Below are positions 42,196 to 52,311 of a stretch of 64,000 nt of DNA, piece by piece; the stretch's first letter is position 1; every line of letters begins with the position of its first letter. A program made the translations under genes and the position numbers. The stretch comes from an uncultured Chloroflexia bacterium (lineage in GTDB: Bacteria; Chloroflexota; Limnocylindria; Limnocylindrales; CSP1-4). The DNA lies in contig CAVVJT010000010.1 of NCBI GenBank assembly GCA_963748625.1, positions 256,001 to 320,000 of the forward strand. The letters run 5' to 3'. The notes under the pieces were generated by a model that made no database searches, was not told the origin of the DNA, and saw nothing but the letters and a program-made list of their open reading frames with translations.

Positions 42196-43031
42196 ACGCC
42201 ACCGGCGCCTGCGGGGAGGTGCGCCAGCACGGTGGTGCCGCGGCCCTGGGCCGAGGTCACCGCGATCGTGCCGCCGACGAACGAGGCCCGTTCGTGCATG
42301 CCCCGGATGCCGAGGCAGCGATCGCCGCTGCAGACGGACGGGTCGAATCCCGCGCCGTCGTCGACGACCTCCAGGACGAGCATCCGCGGCCGTCTTCGCG
42401 CGACGACTCGCACCGTGATGTGCCGTGCGCCTGCGTGGCGGATCGCGTTGGTGAGAGCTTCCTGCACGATCCGGAAGCACGTGGTCTCCACGTCCGGCGG
42501 AAGCCGCCACCTGCCCACGTCGGTCCGGCAGGAGATCCTGACACCCGAACGTCGCGCACTCGAGCGACACAGGGTCCTGAGCGCCGCGGGGAGGCCGAGA
42601 TCGTCCAGCACGCCAGGCCGCAGGTCGAACGCAACCGTCCGGACCTGGTTCAGCGCCGCGTCGACCACGGCAATGCTGCTCCAGATGCGGGCAGCGCGCT
42701 CCACGTCGGGCGCGGCTGCGGCACCGAGGGCGAGGAGGCTCAGGCGGACAGCCGTCAGCGCCTGGCCGACCACATCGTGGAGCTCCCGCGCGATATGCGC
42801 GCGCTCCTGCTCCACCGCGGCAACCAGGCGGGCGCGCACCAGGTGCTCGACCTCCGCGGGCATGTGGTCAAGGACGACCGGCATGCGTGCCGTGGCGGTT
42901 CGTGCCGTGGCGGTGCGTGCATCGCGACCGATCCCCGAAAGGTCGGTGCAGATGGGCTGCAGCCATGCCTGCTGTTCGAGGCCATGCACCTCTGCGACCA
43001 CGAAGAATCCCTCCCCTGTTGCAGGGTTCAT
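42186..43031 (-). CDS. Cytoplasmic HisKA_3 sensor histidine kinase with little or no sensor domain
   Basis: ERAHIARELHDVVGQ, LRPGVLDDLG, QEALTNAIRHA, DDGAGF, GIRGMHER; start uncertain. Confidence 0.85.
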   Translation of the reverse strand: MNPATGEGFFVVAEVHGLEQQAWLQPICTDLSGIGRDARTATARTATARMPVVLDHMPAEVEHLVRARLVAAVEQERAHIARELHDVVGQALTAVRLSLLALGAAAAPDVERAARIWSSIAVVDAALNQVRTVAFDLRPGVLDDLGLPAALRTLCRSSARRSGVRISCRTDVGRWRLPPDVETTCFRIVQEALTNAIRHAGARHITVRVVARRRPRMLVLEVVDDGAGFDPSVCSGDRCLGIRGMHERASFVGGTIAVTSAQGRGTTVLAHLPAGAGGVWR

Positions 43032-43216
43032 GCCATACGGACCGTGATGTCGAGCCGTTTGGCCCCTTGCGATAAGTGCACGATGGATGTCCAGAACTGT
43101 GCAGCGGGCTGGACACGGGTTATATAGTCGCCATTGACCATCCGGGTGGTCCGTCGCTGGCATCGGCTACACACCCTTGCCCGACCGGCCCCCCGCATGG
43201 ACAGGGGGACATCTCG

Positions 43217-44326
43217 ATGGCGTCGGGCCCAACGGGCAGTGACACTCTCGCCGCCCCGGGAGGTGGCTGGCTGATCACCAGACCATCGCGGATCCTGCTT
43301 GCACTCGATATGGCCGGGGTCGCGCTCATGGTCGCGGCCGTCGCCCAGCTCGCGGATCCCGACATCCTGCTCCACGTCGTCTGGATCGTGCTGGCGCTCG
43401 AGGCCTTCACCTTCGGCCTCCGCCCCGCCTCGATCCGGATCGCGGGCGCCACCATCTTCGTCCTCGCCTATGCGTTCTTCGCCAACGACGCGATGACGCC
43501 CGTCGGGCTGGCACTCGCCGACCTGGACCTCGAGGAGTGGCCCCTCATGGCCGTCATCGCACTGCTGGTGGCGATCATGGCCGACAAGGTGACGTCCACC
43601 GGCCGGCGCTATGCCGCCCTCTACCGCGAGGCGAGCGACCGCCTGCTCACGGCCCAGGAGGACGAGCGCCGGCGTCTGTCGGCGGACCTCCACGATGGCG
43701 TCGGCCAGACCATGACGGCCCTCTCCCTGGCCCTCGACGCGGCCGAGGCAGAGCTGGAGGCCGAAGGAGTCCCCGATGCGGCGGGCCGGCGGTCGGTGCG
43801 CAGGGCGCACGAGCTCGCCGGCATCGCGCTCGACGAGGCGCGTGGGGTCGCCTTCCGCTTGCGTCCCCCGCGCCTCCGGGAGGTGGGACTCGTGGCCGCC
43901 ATCGAGGAGCTCGCCGCCACGGCCGGCGTGCCCGTGGAGTTCTCCGCATCCCCGTCCCTGATGCGCCATGGCCTGCTCGCGGCCGACCGCGAGGTCGAAG
44001 CATTCCGGATCGTCCAGGAGGCACTCGGCAACGCGACCCGGCACGCCCATGCCGAGCGCATCCGGGTCGACGTGTCCCAGGTCGGGCAGACCCTGCGGGT
44101 CGAGGTCGCCGACGACGGGGACGGCTTCGAGCCGTCACGGGTCGGCGCCGGCGGCCTCGGGCTCGCGAGCATGGACGAGCGGGCCAAGGCGGTCCGGGGG
44201 ACGCTCCAGGTTCGGTCGCGCCTGGGCACAGGGACCATCGTCCGGCTGGACGTGCCGCTCGCCACCGGGCAGCCGGCCGGGGCAACCGGATCGCTCGGCG
44301 TGTCGCCTGGGGCAACGACGCCGTGA
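43217..44326 (+). CDS. Membrane HisKA_3 sensor histidine kinase
   Basis: N-terminal TMs; ERRRLSADLHDGVGQ; QEALGNATRHA; DDGDGF; GLGLASMDER. Confidence 0.92.
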   Translation: MASGPTGSDTLAAPGGGWLITRPSRILLALDMAGVALMVAAVAQLADPDILLHVVWIVLALEAFTFGLRPASIRIAGATIFVLAYAFFANDAMTPVGLALADLDLEEWPLMAVIALLVAIMADKVTSTGRRYAALYREASDRLLTAQEDERRRLSADLHDGVGQTMTALSLALDAAEAELEAEGVPDAAGRRSVRRAHELAGIALDEARGVAFRLRPPRLREVGLVAAIEELAATAGVPVEFSASPSLMRHGLLAADREVEAFRIVQEALGNATRHAHAERIRVDVSQVGQTLRVEVADDGDGFEPSRVGAGGLGLASMDERAKAVRGTLQVRSRLGTGTIVRLDVPLATGQPAGATGSLGVSPGATTP

Positions 44327-45027
44327 ACGAGCGCCAGGGCACCCGCATCGCCGTCGCAGGTCCGGGCACGCGCCCCGAGGCCGTGGGTGAGTCCGTCATC
44401 CGCGTCGCGCTTGCCGACGACCACCATCTCGTGCGCGAGGGTCTGCGTCATGTCCTCGAGCGTGAGCCGGACATGCACGTGGTCGGCGAGGCGTGCGATC
44501 GTATCGGGGCCTTCGCGCTCGCCGAGCGGGAGCTGCCTGACGTCCTGGTGCTCGACATCACCTTCCCCGACGACGACGGGATCGCAATGCTGCGGGAGCT
44601 GGTCACGCGGTGGCCGCACATGCGGGTGGTCATGCTGACTATGCACCGCGACGCCGAGACGGTCCGCCAGGCGCTCCTCGCCGGAGCCGCCGGGTACGTG
44701 ATCAAGGGGGCGCATGCCAGCGAGCTCGCGGATGCGATCCGGGCCGTCAACCGGGGCGAGCGATACCTGCACAGCGCGGTCGCCGGCGCGATCATCGACG
44801 ACTCGCTGGCATGGATGACCGTCGCCAGTCCCCTCAGCGCCCGAGAGCGCGAGATCCTCGGGCACATCGCTGCGGGCGCCTCGGCGGTGGAGGTCGGGCG
44901 AGAGCTGGGGATCAGCCCGCACACGGTGCGCAGGCACGTGGCCAACCTGTCCGACAAGCTCGGACTGCGGGGTCCGAAGGCGCTGACCCGCTACGCCGTG
45001 GAGCACGGGCTCGTCCGCGATACCTGA
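44323..45027 (+). CDS. NarL/FixJ-family response regulator
   Basis: GTG overlaps the kinase stop; LADDHHLVREG, VLDITFP, LSAREREIL..SPHTVRRH. Confidence 0.92.
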   Translation: MNERQGTRIAVAGPGTRPEAVGESVIRVALADDHHLVREGLRHVLEREPDMHVVGEACDRIGAFALAERELPDVLVLDITFPDDDGIAMLRELVTRWPHMRVVMLTMHRDAETVRQALLAGAAGYVIKGAHASELADAIRAVNRGERYLHSAVAGAIIDDSLAWMTVASPLSAREREILGHIAAGASAVEVGRELGISPHTVRRHVANLSDKLGLRGPKALTRYAVEHGLVRDT

Positions 45028-45331
45028 GGCCTGCGCCCGGATGCAGCCGTCCCGCGGCGCCCGGTGGTCACCGAATCGGCGGCGCGTGGTCGCGCGTGAT
45101 GGTTCCGGTCAGCCGCCGGCCCTGCCATAGTCAAGTGGCCCGAGACCATGCTTCGGGTCGCAGCGCCCCGGTCGGGCATCGATCGCCCGCCTGCTGCGTT
45201 CCACGCTCCGGGGCCCGGGTAACCACCCGCCCCACCTCGTGCCGCACGTCTATCTGGCGTCGGCCGTCGGCGGTGCTACCGCGGCGTCCGGGCCCGCTGG
45301 AGAGGCTTCGGCCTGCAGGAAGGGAGGGCGG

Positions 45332-46969
45332 ATGGCCGCACACCGTTCGCTGGGTCTCAACCGGCGCGGGCAACTGCTCCGCGCAGCCGCGTCAGTTGGC
45401 GCGGTCGTGTCGCTCGCGGTGGCAGTCCTTGGCCTGTGCGTCGGCCGGCGACTGACTCGATGGGCCAGCGTGCAGAAGCAGCAGCGGGCCATGGTGCCAC
45501 CCCTGGGCCACGAGGTGCGGGCCGACCCACTGCGGGTGATCACGCACACGGGTGACACGGCGGACGCGGGGCCGGCCACGGATCGTGCGCCCGCACCCAC
45601 ACCAACCACGCTGACGCGCCCGCATGTGCTGTCCTCCGGTACGGTCGCCCGGAACGCGCCGGGACGGACGATCCCCCGCCTGCTGTGGCTTGCGGCCTTC
45701 ACCGGTGCGATGGCCGTGCCGCTGCTGCTTGCCGCGCTTGATCCCGCCGGGCCGCCGCGGTCGTTCGTGCTCGAGCTGGGCTCGGCCCTGGGCATCGCCG
45801 CCCTCGGTCTCCTTGCCGTCCAGCTCGCCCTGCCGGCCCGCGTGCCGCTGCTGACCACGATCGGCGCCGAGGTCGCCGTACGGCTGCACCGCCACACCGC
45901 GGACATCCTGCTGGCGGTCGTCGTCGCGCACGTCGCGGCCGTCATGGTCGCCGATCCGGCGCGGGTCGAGCTCCTCCGCTTCTTCGGCCAGCCGTGGCGG
46001 GCGCAGGCGGCGCTCGGATCGGTTGCGGCGCTCGGCGTGATCTTCGTCACGTCACTTGCACGGCGCCGCATCCACCTGTCGTACGCCCGATGGCGGGGCA
46101 TCCACCTCGCGCTCGGAGCAGCGGCGCTCGTGCTGGGCATCGCCCACACCGTGGGCGTTGGGCGCTACCTTGTCCAACCGCCTGCCGTGTGGTCGCTCGT
46201 GGCACTGGCCGTTGTCGGGCTCGGGGCGCTGCTGATGACGCGCAGCCAGCGACTCCGCCACCGGACGCTGAGGCCGTACCGGGTGAGGTCTGTGCGCCCG
46301 GAGCAGGGTGGAGCGATCACCGTGGACCTCGAGGCCGACGGCCACGCGGGGCAGCCATTCCTGCCGGGCCAGTTCGCCTGGCTCAAGGAGCCGGGCTGGC
46401 GGCACCTGCTCGAGGAGCACCCGTTCTCCTACTCGTCGGGCGCGGGCAACCCGGCACATCCTGGCTTCACCCTGCAGCCGCGCTCCGGCTTCAGTGCGCG
46501 GGCGGCTCGTCTGCAGCCCGGCAGGAAATTGCTCGTGGACGGTCCGCATGGTGCATTCCGCCCGCAGCCTGACGCCCGGGGCACCGTTCTCGTGTCCGGC
46601 GGCATCGGCATCACGCCCTCGATGAGCATCCTGCGAACCGCCGCCCAGCGCAGGGACCCACGGCCGCACGTGCTGCTCTACGGCGGCCGGACCCTCGCCT
46701 CCCTGCCGTTCCTCGAGGAGCTCACGACCCTCGCGGGATCCATCGCTCTCACGACCACCATCTGCCTGTCCGCACCGGAGGAGGGCTGGACCGGCGAGCG
46801 GGGCCGCATCGATGCCGCGGTCCTCGACCGCCACCTGCCGCACGACCTGCGCGGCTGGCAGTTCATGACGTGCGGGGCGCCGTCGTTCGTCGACGCAATC
46901 CTCGACGCCTTCGAGGAGGTTGGGGTGCCCGGCGAGCGCGTCCACGCGGAGCGGTTCGTGGAGGTGTGA
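45332..46969 (+). CDS. Ferric-reductase-like transmembrane protein with an FAD/NAD-binding (FNR) domain
   Basis: TM histidines (RLHRH, VAH, WRGIH, IAH); FLPGQF, EEHPFS, DGPHG, SGGIGITP, CGAP, ERF; start uncertain. Confidence 0.88.
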   Translation: MAAHRSLGLNRRGQLLRAAASVGAVVSLAVAVLGLCVGRRLTRWASVQKQQRAMVPPLGHEVRADPLRVITHTGDTADAGPATDRAPAPTPTTLTRPHVLSSGTVARNAPGRTIPRLLWLAAFTGAMAVPLLLAALDPAGPPRSFVLELGSALGIAALGLLAVQLALPARVPLLTTIGAEVAVRLHRHTADILLAVVVAHVAAVMVADPARVELLRFFGQPWRAQAALGSVAALGVIFVTSLARRRIHLSYARWRGIHLALGAAALVLGIAHTVGVGRYLVQPPAVWSLVALAVVGLGALLMTRSQRLRHRTLRPYRVRSVRPEQGGAITVDLEADGHAGQPFLPGQFAWLKEPGWRHLLEEHPFSYSSGAGNPAHPGFTLQPRSGFSARAARLQPGRKLLVDGPHGAFRPQPDARGTVLVSGGIGITPSMSILRTAAQRRDPRPHVLLYGGRTLASLPFLEELTTLAGSIALTTTICLSAPEEGWTGERGRIDAAVLDRHLPHDLRGWQFMTCGAPSFVDAILDAFEEVGVPGERVHAERFVEV

Positions 46970-47722
46970 CCCCTGAGATCCGATGAGACCCGCTGGATGG
47001 CCGCCGTCATCGAGCTCTTGACCGTCATCGCCGTGATCGCGTTCGCGGCGATCCGCTCCGCCGGCTGACCCCGGCCACCACGAGGCACCTGCCATATGCG
47101 TCCCGCCCGACTCGTCCCACCCCGCTCCCGTGTCCATCTCGCCCAGCGCCACGTCGGCTCGATCCCGCGCGGCGCTCCAACCGCCATGACATTCATGATG
47201 GCCGTGGTCTCCCTGGCGATCGGCACATTCGTCGGGGCGGCAGCAATCCTCCCCGGCCGCCACCATCCCCACGTCCACCAGCCCGCGCGGGTCCCGGAGC
47301 CCACCCGAGGCGCCGGGCACGACATCCGCCATCGGCGGGTGCGCAAGGACCCGCAGACGAGCGGGGCACGGGACAGCGCCACGGGCACGACAACCCGGAC
47401 CCGCCCTTCAGGACAACCGGTGCTACGGCTCGAGGAAGCCGCGGACGATCGTCTGGCCGACGCCTCCCATCTGGGCGTTCGTCGACCGGGTCGCCGCGTC
47501 GGAGTCCTCGACCAGGTACGTCCCGGCCGCCAGGGACACGTTCGGTTCAGCTGACCCCCGGGCCGCCCTCTGCAAGGTGGTCACGGTCAACGTCGGGCGA
47601 CATGGCCCGTCGACGCGGTGCAAGTCGGACGGGCACGCAGGCCGGACGTGTGCCAATGTCATGGGGCGACAGGATGGCGCGCTCGCCCAGCGCGCCGGGG
47701 AACGCCACGACAGGGGTGCGGC

Positions 47723-49001
47723 ATGGACGTGCGAGCGGTGATCATGGCGGGCGGAGCCGGTGAACGCCTGTCCGTGCTCTCGGACCATCGGGCCAAGCCG
47801 GCGGTCCCGTTCGGCGGCAAGTGGCGGATCATCGACTTCGCGCTGTCCAACTGCGTCAACAGCGGCATCGAGGATCTCGTCGTCCTGACCCAGTACAGCC
47901 CGCGCAGCCTGATGGACCACATCGGCAGTGGCCGCCCCTGGGACCTGGACCGCCGCCACAAGGGAGGCATCCGGCTCCTCCAGCCGTACCTGTCGCGGAC
48001 AGACTCCAAGGGCTGGTACGAGGGCACGGCCGACGCGGTCCGGCGCAACATGAAGGATGTCGTCGAGGGGCCGCCGGATCTCGTGGTGATCCTCGCGGGC
48101 GACCACATCTACAAGATGGACTACCGCCCGTTCATCGAGACGCATCTGGCCAAGGAGGCGGCGCTCACGATCGCGGTCCTGGACGTGCCCGAGCGACGAG
48201 GCGACCCGGATGGGGATCGCCATCACCGACGAGGACGACCGGATCGTCGACTGGGAGGAGAAGCCCGAGAAGCCGCGCTCGACGCTGGCGTCGATGGGCA
48301 TCTACGTCTTCGACCCGGTTGCGCTCACGACGTACGTCACCCAGCAGCGGCGGGACTTCGGCAAGCACGTGATCCCGGCGATGCTCCGCGCCAACGAGCG
48401 GGTGTTCGCCCACCGGTTCGAGGGCTACTGGCGGGACGTGGGCACGGTGGAGGCGTATTGGGCCGCCAACCTCGACCTGGTCGGCCTGGTGCCCCCGATC
48501 GACCTGTTCGATCCCTCCTGGCGCATCCACTCCCGGTCCGAGTACCGGAGCCCGGCCAAGATGGGGCCGTATGCGGTTGCCCGCCACTCGCTGGTCTGCG
48601 ACGGCTGCATCGTCAATGGCAGCGTGGAGAACAGCGTCCTCTCGCCCGGCGTGCGCATCTTCGAGGGCGCCCACGTGCGCGACTCGGTGATCATGACCGA
48701 TGCGGTGATCGGATCCGGGGCGGTGATCGACAACGCGATCGTCGACAAGGGCGTCGTCGTGGGCGACGGCGCGGTGGTCGGCTGGGGCGAGGACCGCCAC
48801 ATCGTGAACGAGCTGGAGCCGGACCGGCTCACGACGGGCATCACCGTGGTGGGCAAGTACGCGAAGGTTCCCGCGGGCGTCCTGCTCGGCCGCAACGTGC
48901 GCGTGGATGCGCTGGCGACGGCTGAGGACTACGCGGGAGCGACCGTCGTGCCGTCCGGGCACACGATCGGCCACCCGGTCGCGCACGACGACGAGGACTG
49001 A
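47723..49001 (+). CDS. glgC: Glucose-1-phosphate adenylyltransferase (frameshift near 48193)
   Basis: [34 protein letters not shown]; then [28 protein letters not shown] in the next frame. Confidence 0.9.
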
Positions 49002-49163
49002 CGAGGCGTCAGGCGGGCGCCACCGGGTGGGGCAGCAGCGTCCGAAGGCGTGACAGCGCGCACCGGCGTGTGCGCAGGTTGGCGCAAGTGGACGATCCGC
49101 AATGCAGTCGGGTCCGTTACTCTGCCGACCTGTCATCGCGCCGCACCGAGGGATGCCCAACTG

Positions 49164-50183
49164 ATGCCCGACGCCTCGACGCTCCTTGCAGCCGTCGTCC
49201 TGGCGGTCGTCCCGTCGCTCATCTACCTGGCGATCCTGAACGCGATCGACCGGTACGAGAAGGAGCCGTGGACGATCCTGCTCGCCTGTCTCGGCGTGGG
49301 GGCCATCGTGGCGCCCGCCATCACGATCGCCATCCTGGTCCTGCTGGGCCGCCCGGCGGCGCTGCCACCTGCCTTCGCCCCGGGGCCGCAGGCGGACGCG
49401 CTCACACCGATTGTCGAAACGCTGGTCCTCGGCGTGCTCCTGCTGGTCCTGGTCCACACCGTCCGCGACGAGTTCGACGACGTCCTTGACGGCGTGATCT
49501 ACGGCGCAGCCCTCGGTGCGGGCTTCGGCGCAGCCGAGAGCTTCCTCTACGCGCTCGGCGGCACGGGCACGCTCAACCCCGAGACGATCGTCCTCCTCGT
49601 GATCGCGGGCCTCAATCAAGCGTTCTACATGGCGGTCTTCGGGGCCATCGTGGGCTGGGCACAGCGGCTCCCCCGGGGCCAGCGGTGGACGGCCACGATC
49701 CTGGGGCTCGCCACGGCCACCCTGCTCCACGCCCTCCACGACACGCTGCCCAACATCCTCGCCAACGTGCTCGGTGCCCGTGACGCGACGGCCGGCGTCG
49801 CGACCCGGCTCCTTGCCGAGGTCATCAACTGGCTCGGCATCCTGACCCTCGTGATCGTCGTGTTCGCCTCCTGGCGTCGCGAGGCGCGCATCCTGCGGAC
49901 CCAGCTCGCGGACGAGGTGGCCACGGGTGTCGTGCCCGAGGCCGACTTCGCGACAATCCTGTCCACGCGAGCCAGGGTTGGCCGCCAGTGGCGGCTGCTG
50001 CGCAGCGAGGGGATGGGTTCCGTCCGCCGCCTGCGTCGCCGCTACGCGCTGGAGGGCGAGCTCGCGTTCCACAAGTGGCGGCTCAGCCACCGGCACCGCC
50101 ATATGCCACCTGCCGAGCGCGGGGATGCCCTGCGCGCCGAGATCCGCAGCCTCACCGATGCGAACCCGGAGGGCGCCGCATGA
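49164..50183 (+). CDS. PrsW-family intramembrane protease-like protein with degenerate catalytic motifs
   Basis: DRYEKEP, DGVIYG..GAGF..AE, LHALHD; the canonical EExxK reads ETLVL. Confidence 0.8.
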   Translation: MPDASTLLAAVVLAVVPSLIYLAILNAIDRYEKEPWTILLACLGVGAIVAPAITIAILVLLGRPAALPPAFAPGPQADALTPIVETLVLGVLLLVLVHTVRDEFDDVLDGVIYGAALGAGFGAAESFLYALGGTGTLNPETIVLLVIAGLNQAFYMAVFGAIVGWAQRLPRGQRWTATILGLATATLLHALHDTLPNILANVLGARDATAGVATRLLAEVINWLGILTLVIVVFASWRREARILRTQLADEVATGVVPEADFATILSTRARVGRQWRLLRSEGMGSVRRLRRRYALEGELAFHKWRLSHRHRHMPPAERGDALRAEIRSLTDANPEGAA

Positions 50184-51841
50184 GCCGCATGAGCCGCATG
50201 AGCCGCATGAGCCGCGCCCCTCGCCGCCTCCTCGCCGTCGCCCTGGCGCTCGTCCTGCTCTCGGGCGTGCCGGCCGCCACACCGGTTGCCGCCGCGCCGG
50301 AGCTGGGGCCGTCGGCAGGCCAGGCGATCCTGTTCCACCTCCAGCTGGCCGAAGGCATTGAGAACGGCCGCCCGGTGGGCCAGAGCGACAGCTTCCCCGT
50401 GGGCACCAAGGTCATCTTCGGACTGCTCGGCTGGCAGTACGTGCCCGCGGGCACGGAGCTGCGGGTGCGCCTGTTCCAGGGCGACCGGTTCGTCTACGAG
50501 GACGCGCACATCGTGGAGGATCCCCAGGGTCCAGCGGACTCCACGGGCGCGGGCTTCGTGTTCGCGTTCGCCACCGAGGACGGGTTCCCGGCCGGCGACT
50601 ACTACATCGAGGTCGACTACAACCGCGTCCCCGACGAGATCGTGCCCTTCACCGTCGGCGAGGGTGCCGGCTTCTCCGAGGTGCTTGGCTCCGGCGCCAA
50701 GACCGGCCCCATCCCCTACGCCAGCCCGGGCGATGTGCTCGTGGTCACGCGGGAGGCGGCCCTGCGCCAGAAGCTCGGGACGCAGACCGACCAGGTCCTC
50801 GCCGCCGCGCGGCGCGTAGGCGATCTCCACGACCTGGGCACCCGGGCCACGCCCGAGGACATCACCCCCGAGATCCACCGCCTGCTGCGGGCGAAGCCCT
50901 ACAAGTACCTGCTCATCGTGGGCAACGACGACGTCGTCCCCTACTGGCACGTGGAGAACCCGCTCGCCGACTCCGAGCAGGCGATCCTCGCCGATTGGGA
51001 GCTGCCGGCGGACTGGGTCCCCACCGACAACTTCTACACCGATCTCGACGCCGACCCGTACGGCGTGCCCGACATTGCCATCGCGCGGATCCCGTCGAGC
51101 GATGACGCGGACCTGCTCCTGACCCAGCTCGGCGAGAACCAGCCCCCCGACGGAGCCGGCTACGCGCTCATCAACCAGGAGCGGCGCAGCCAGGCCGGCG
51201 TCACCGCAGCGGCTATGGGCCTTGTCGCCCAGACCCGGCTGCGCTACGTGCCGCCGCTGTCCCCGGAGGACTTCGCGAGCGACCCGGATGCCACCAACGC
51301 CCGTTACCTGTACGTGCTGCTCCACGGGATCGGCGTGACCACCAACGAGTGGTCGGCCAACACCGTTGCGTGGGGGGCGTACAACTCCGACGACCCGCTC
51401 TCCGCCGAGTGGGCGATCTACGAGGACGACCAGGCGCCCGGTGTCACGGTGGAGACCAACCCCACCAACGGCGGTGTCGTCCAGATCGGCGCGTGCTACG
51501 GGGCGTGGACCCTGGACACCGTCCAGGCGCCCCAGCACAAGACCGCGGACAACAACCTCGCGCTGCACTACCTCAAGAACGGGACCCGCGCGTACATCGC
51601 GGACACCCACATCTCGTACAGCGCGGCCCTCGGGCCCGGCGACATCGCCCGCAACCGCACCGGCTTCGAGCTGCTGCTGTGGGAGGCGATCGCGGCGGGT
51701 CGGACGCCCATCGATGCCTTCCAGGAGGCGAAGGTGGGGATGGGCCAGTCGATCGACGCGCTCATCGAGGCGGGCGACATCGACAACGCCCTCGTCTCGC
51801 TCAAGACACTCCACTACATGGTCTACCTGGGGCGGCCCTGA
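50180..51841 (+). CDS. Secreted C25 (gingipain)-like cysteine peptidase
   Basis: Signal peptide; YLLIVGNDDVVP; TDNFYTDLD..PDIAIARIP; LHG and GACYG dyad; terminal YLGRP. Confidence 0.75.
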   Translation: MSRMSRMSRMSRAPRRLLAVALALVLLSGVPAATPVAAAPELGPSAGQAILFHLQLAEGIENGRPVGQSDSFPVGTKVIFGLLGWQYVPAGTELRVRLFQGDRFVYEDAHIVEDPQGPADSTGAGFVFAFATEDGFPAGDYYIEVDYNRVPDEIVPFTVGEGAGFSEVLGSGAKTGPIPYASPGDVLVVTREAALRQKLGTQTDQVLAAARRVGDLHDLGTRATPEDITPEIHRLLRAKPYKYLLIVGNDDVVPYWHVENPLADSEQAILADWELPADWVPTDNFYTDLDADPYGVPDIAIARIPSSDDADLLLTQLGENQPPDGAGYALINQERRSQAGVTAAAMGLVAQTRLRYVPPLSPEDFASDPDATNARYLYVLLHGIGVTTNEWSANTVAWGAYNSDDPLSAEWAIYEDDQAPGVTVETNPTNGGVVQIGACYGAWTLDTVQAPQHKTADNNLALHYLKNGTRAYIADTHISYSAALGPGDIARNRTGFELLLWEAIAAGRTPIDAFQEAKVGMGQSIDALIEAGDIDNALVSLKTLHYMVYLGRP

Positions 51842-52191
51842 TGCAGCGCTTTCCGATGGTCGCGGCCGCCTGGGCCGCCGTTCTCGTCCTCGGCTTCGCC
51901 GTGGTCATCCTGCTCGGGGCGCCGCCGGCGACGGCCACCGACGAGCTCGACGCCGCGATGCACCCGGCCACGCCCGTGACCGAGGAGGCCGCCCGTGCCT
52001 CCGCGGCCACCATCGTGCGCCTCAGCTACCCCGAGCTCGCCGGGTTCGAGCCGTCCGTCCGCAGCCGGACGGACTTCGGCATCGAGCACTGGGTCATCGA
52101 GTACGTGGACGCCGATGCGACCACGCCGACCGGCGTCCGGATCTCGATCACGACCGAGAAGGGCAATGTCGAGGTGACGTCGTTCCCGTAG
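51841..52191 (+). CDS. Small exported protein with a PepSY-like domain
   Basis: N-terminal TM, VTEEAARASA, HWVIEY...RISITTEKGNV; ATG overlaps the upstream stop. Confidence 0.6.
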   Translation: MQRFPMVAAAWAAVLVLGFAVVILLGAPPATATDELDAAMHPATPVTEEAARASAATIVRLSYPELAGFEPSVRSRTDFGIEHWVIEYVDADATTPTGVRISITTEKGNVEVTSFP

Positions 52192-52201
52192 GACGTCAGG
52201 A

Positions 52202-52294
52202 GCGCAAGGCCTCGGGCCGCGCTCCGGCGGGGCGTCGGGCGCGCAGGGGCGCAAGGCCTCGGGCCGCGCTCCGGCGGGGCGTCAGGCGCGCAGG
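52202..52294. repeat. 47-bp direct repeat, 2 copies
   Basis: GCGCAAGGCCTCGGGCCGCGCTCCGGCGGGGCGTC[G/A]GGCGCGCAGG occurs twice. Confidence 0.85.
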
Positions 52295-52311
52295 CGGTGC
52301 ATCATGGCGGC

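Noticed and set aside
47096-47554. 152-aa ORF upstream of glgC
   Set aside because: It has one hydrophobic stretch but no RBS, no motif and atypical composition, so it cannot be supported as a gene.
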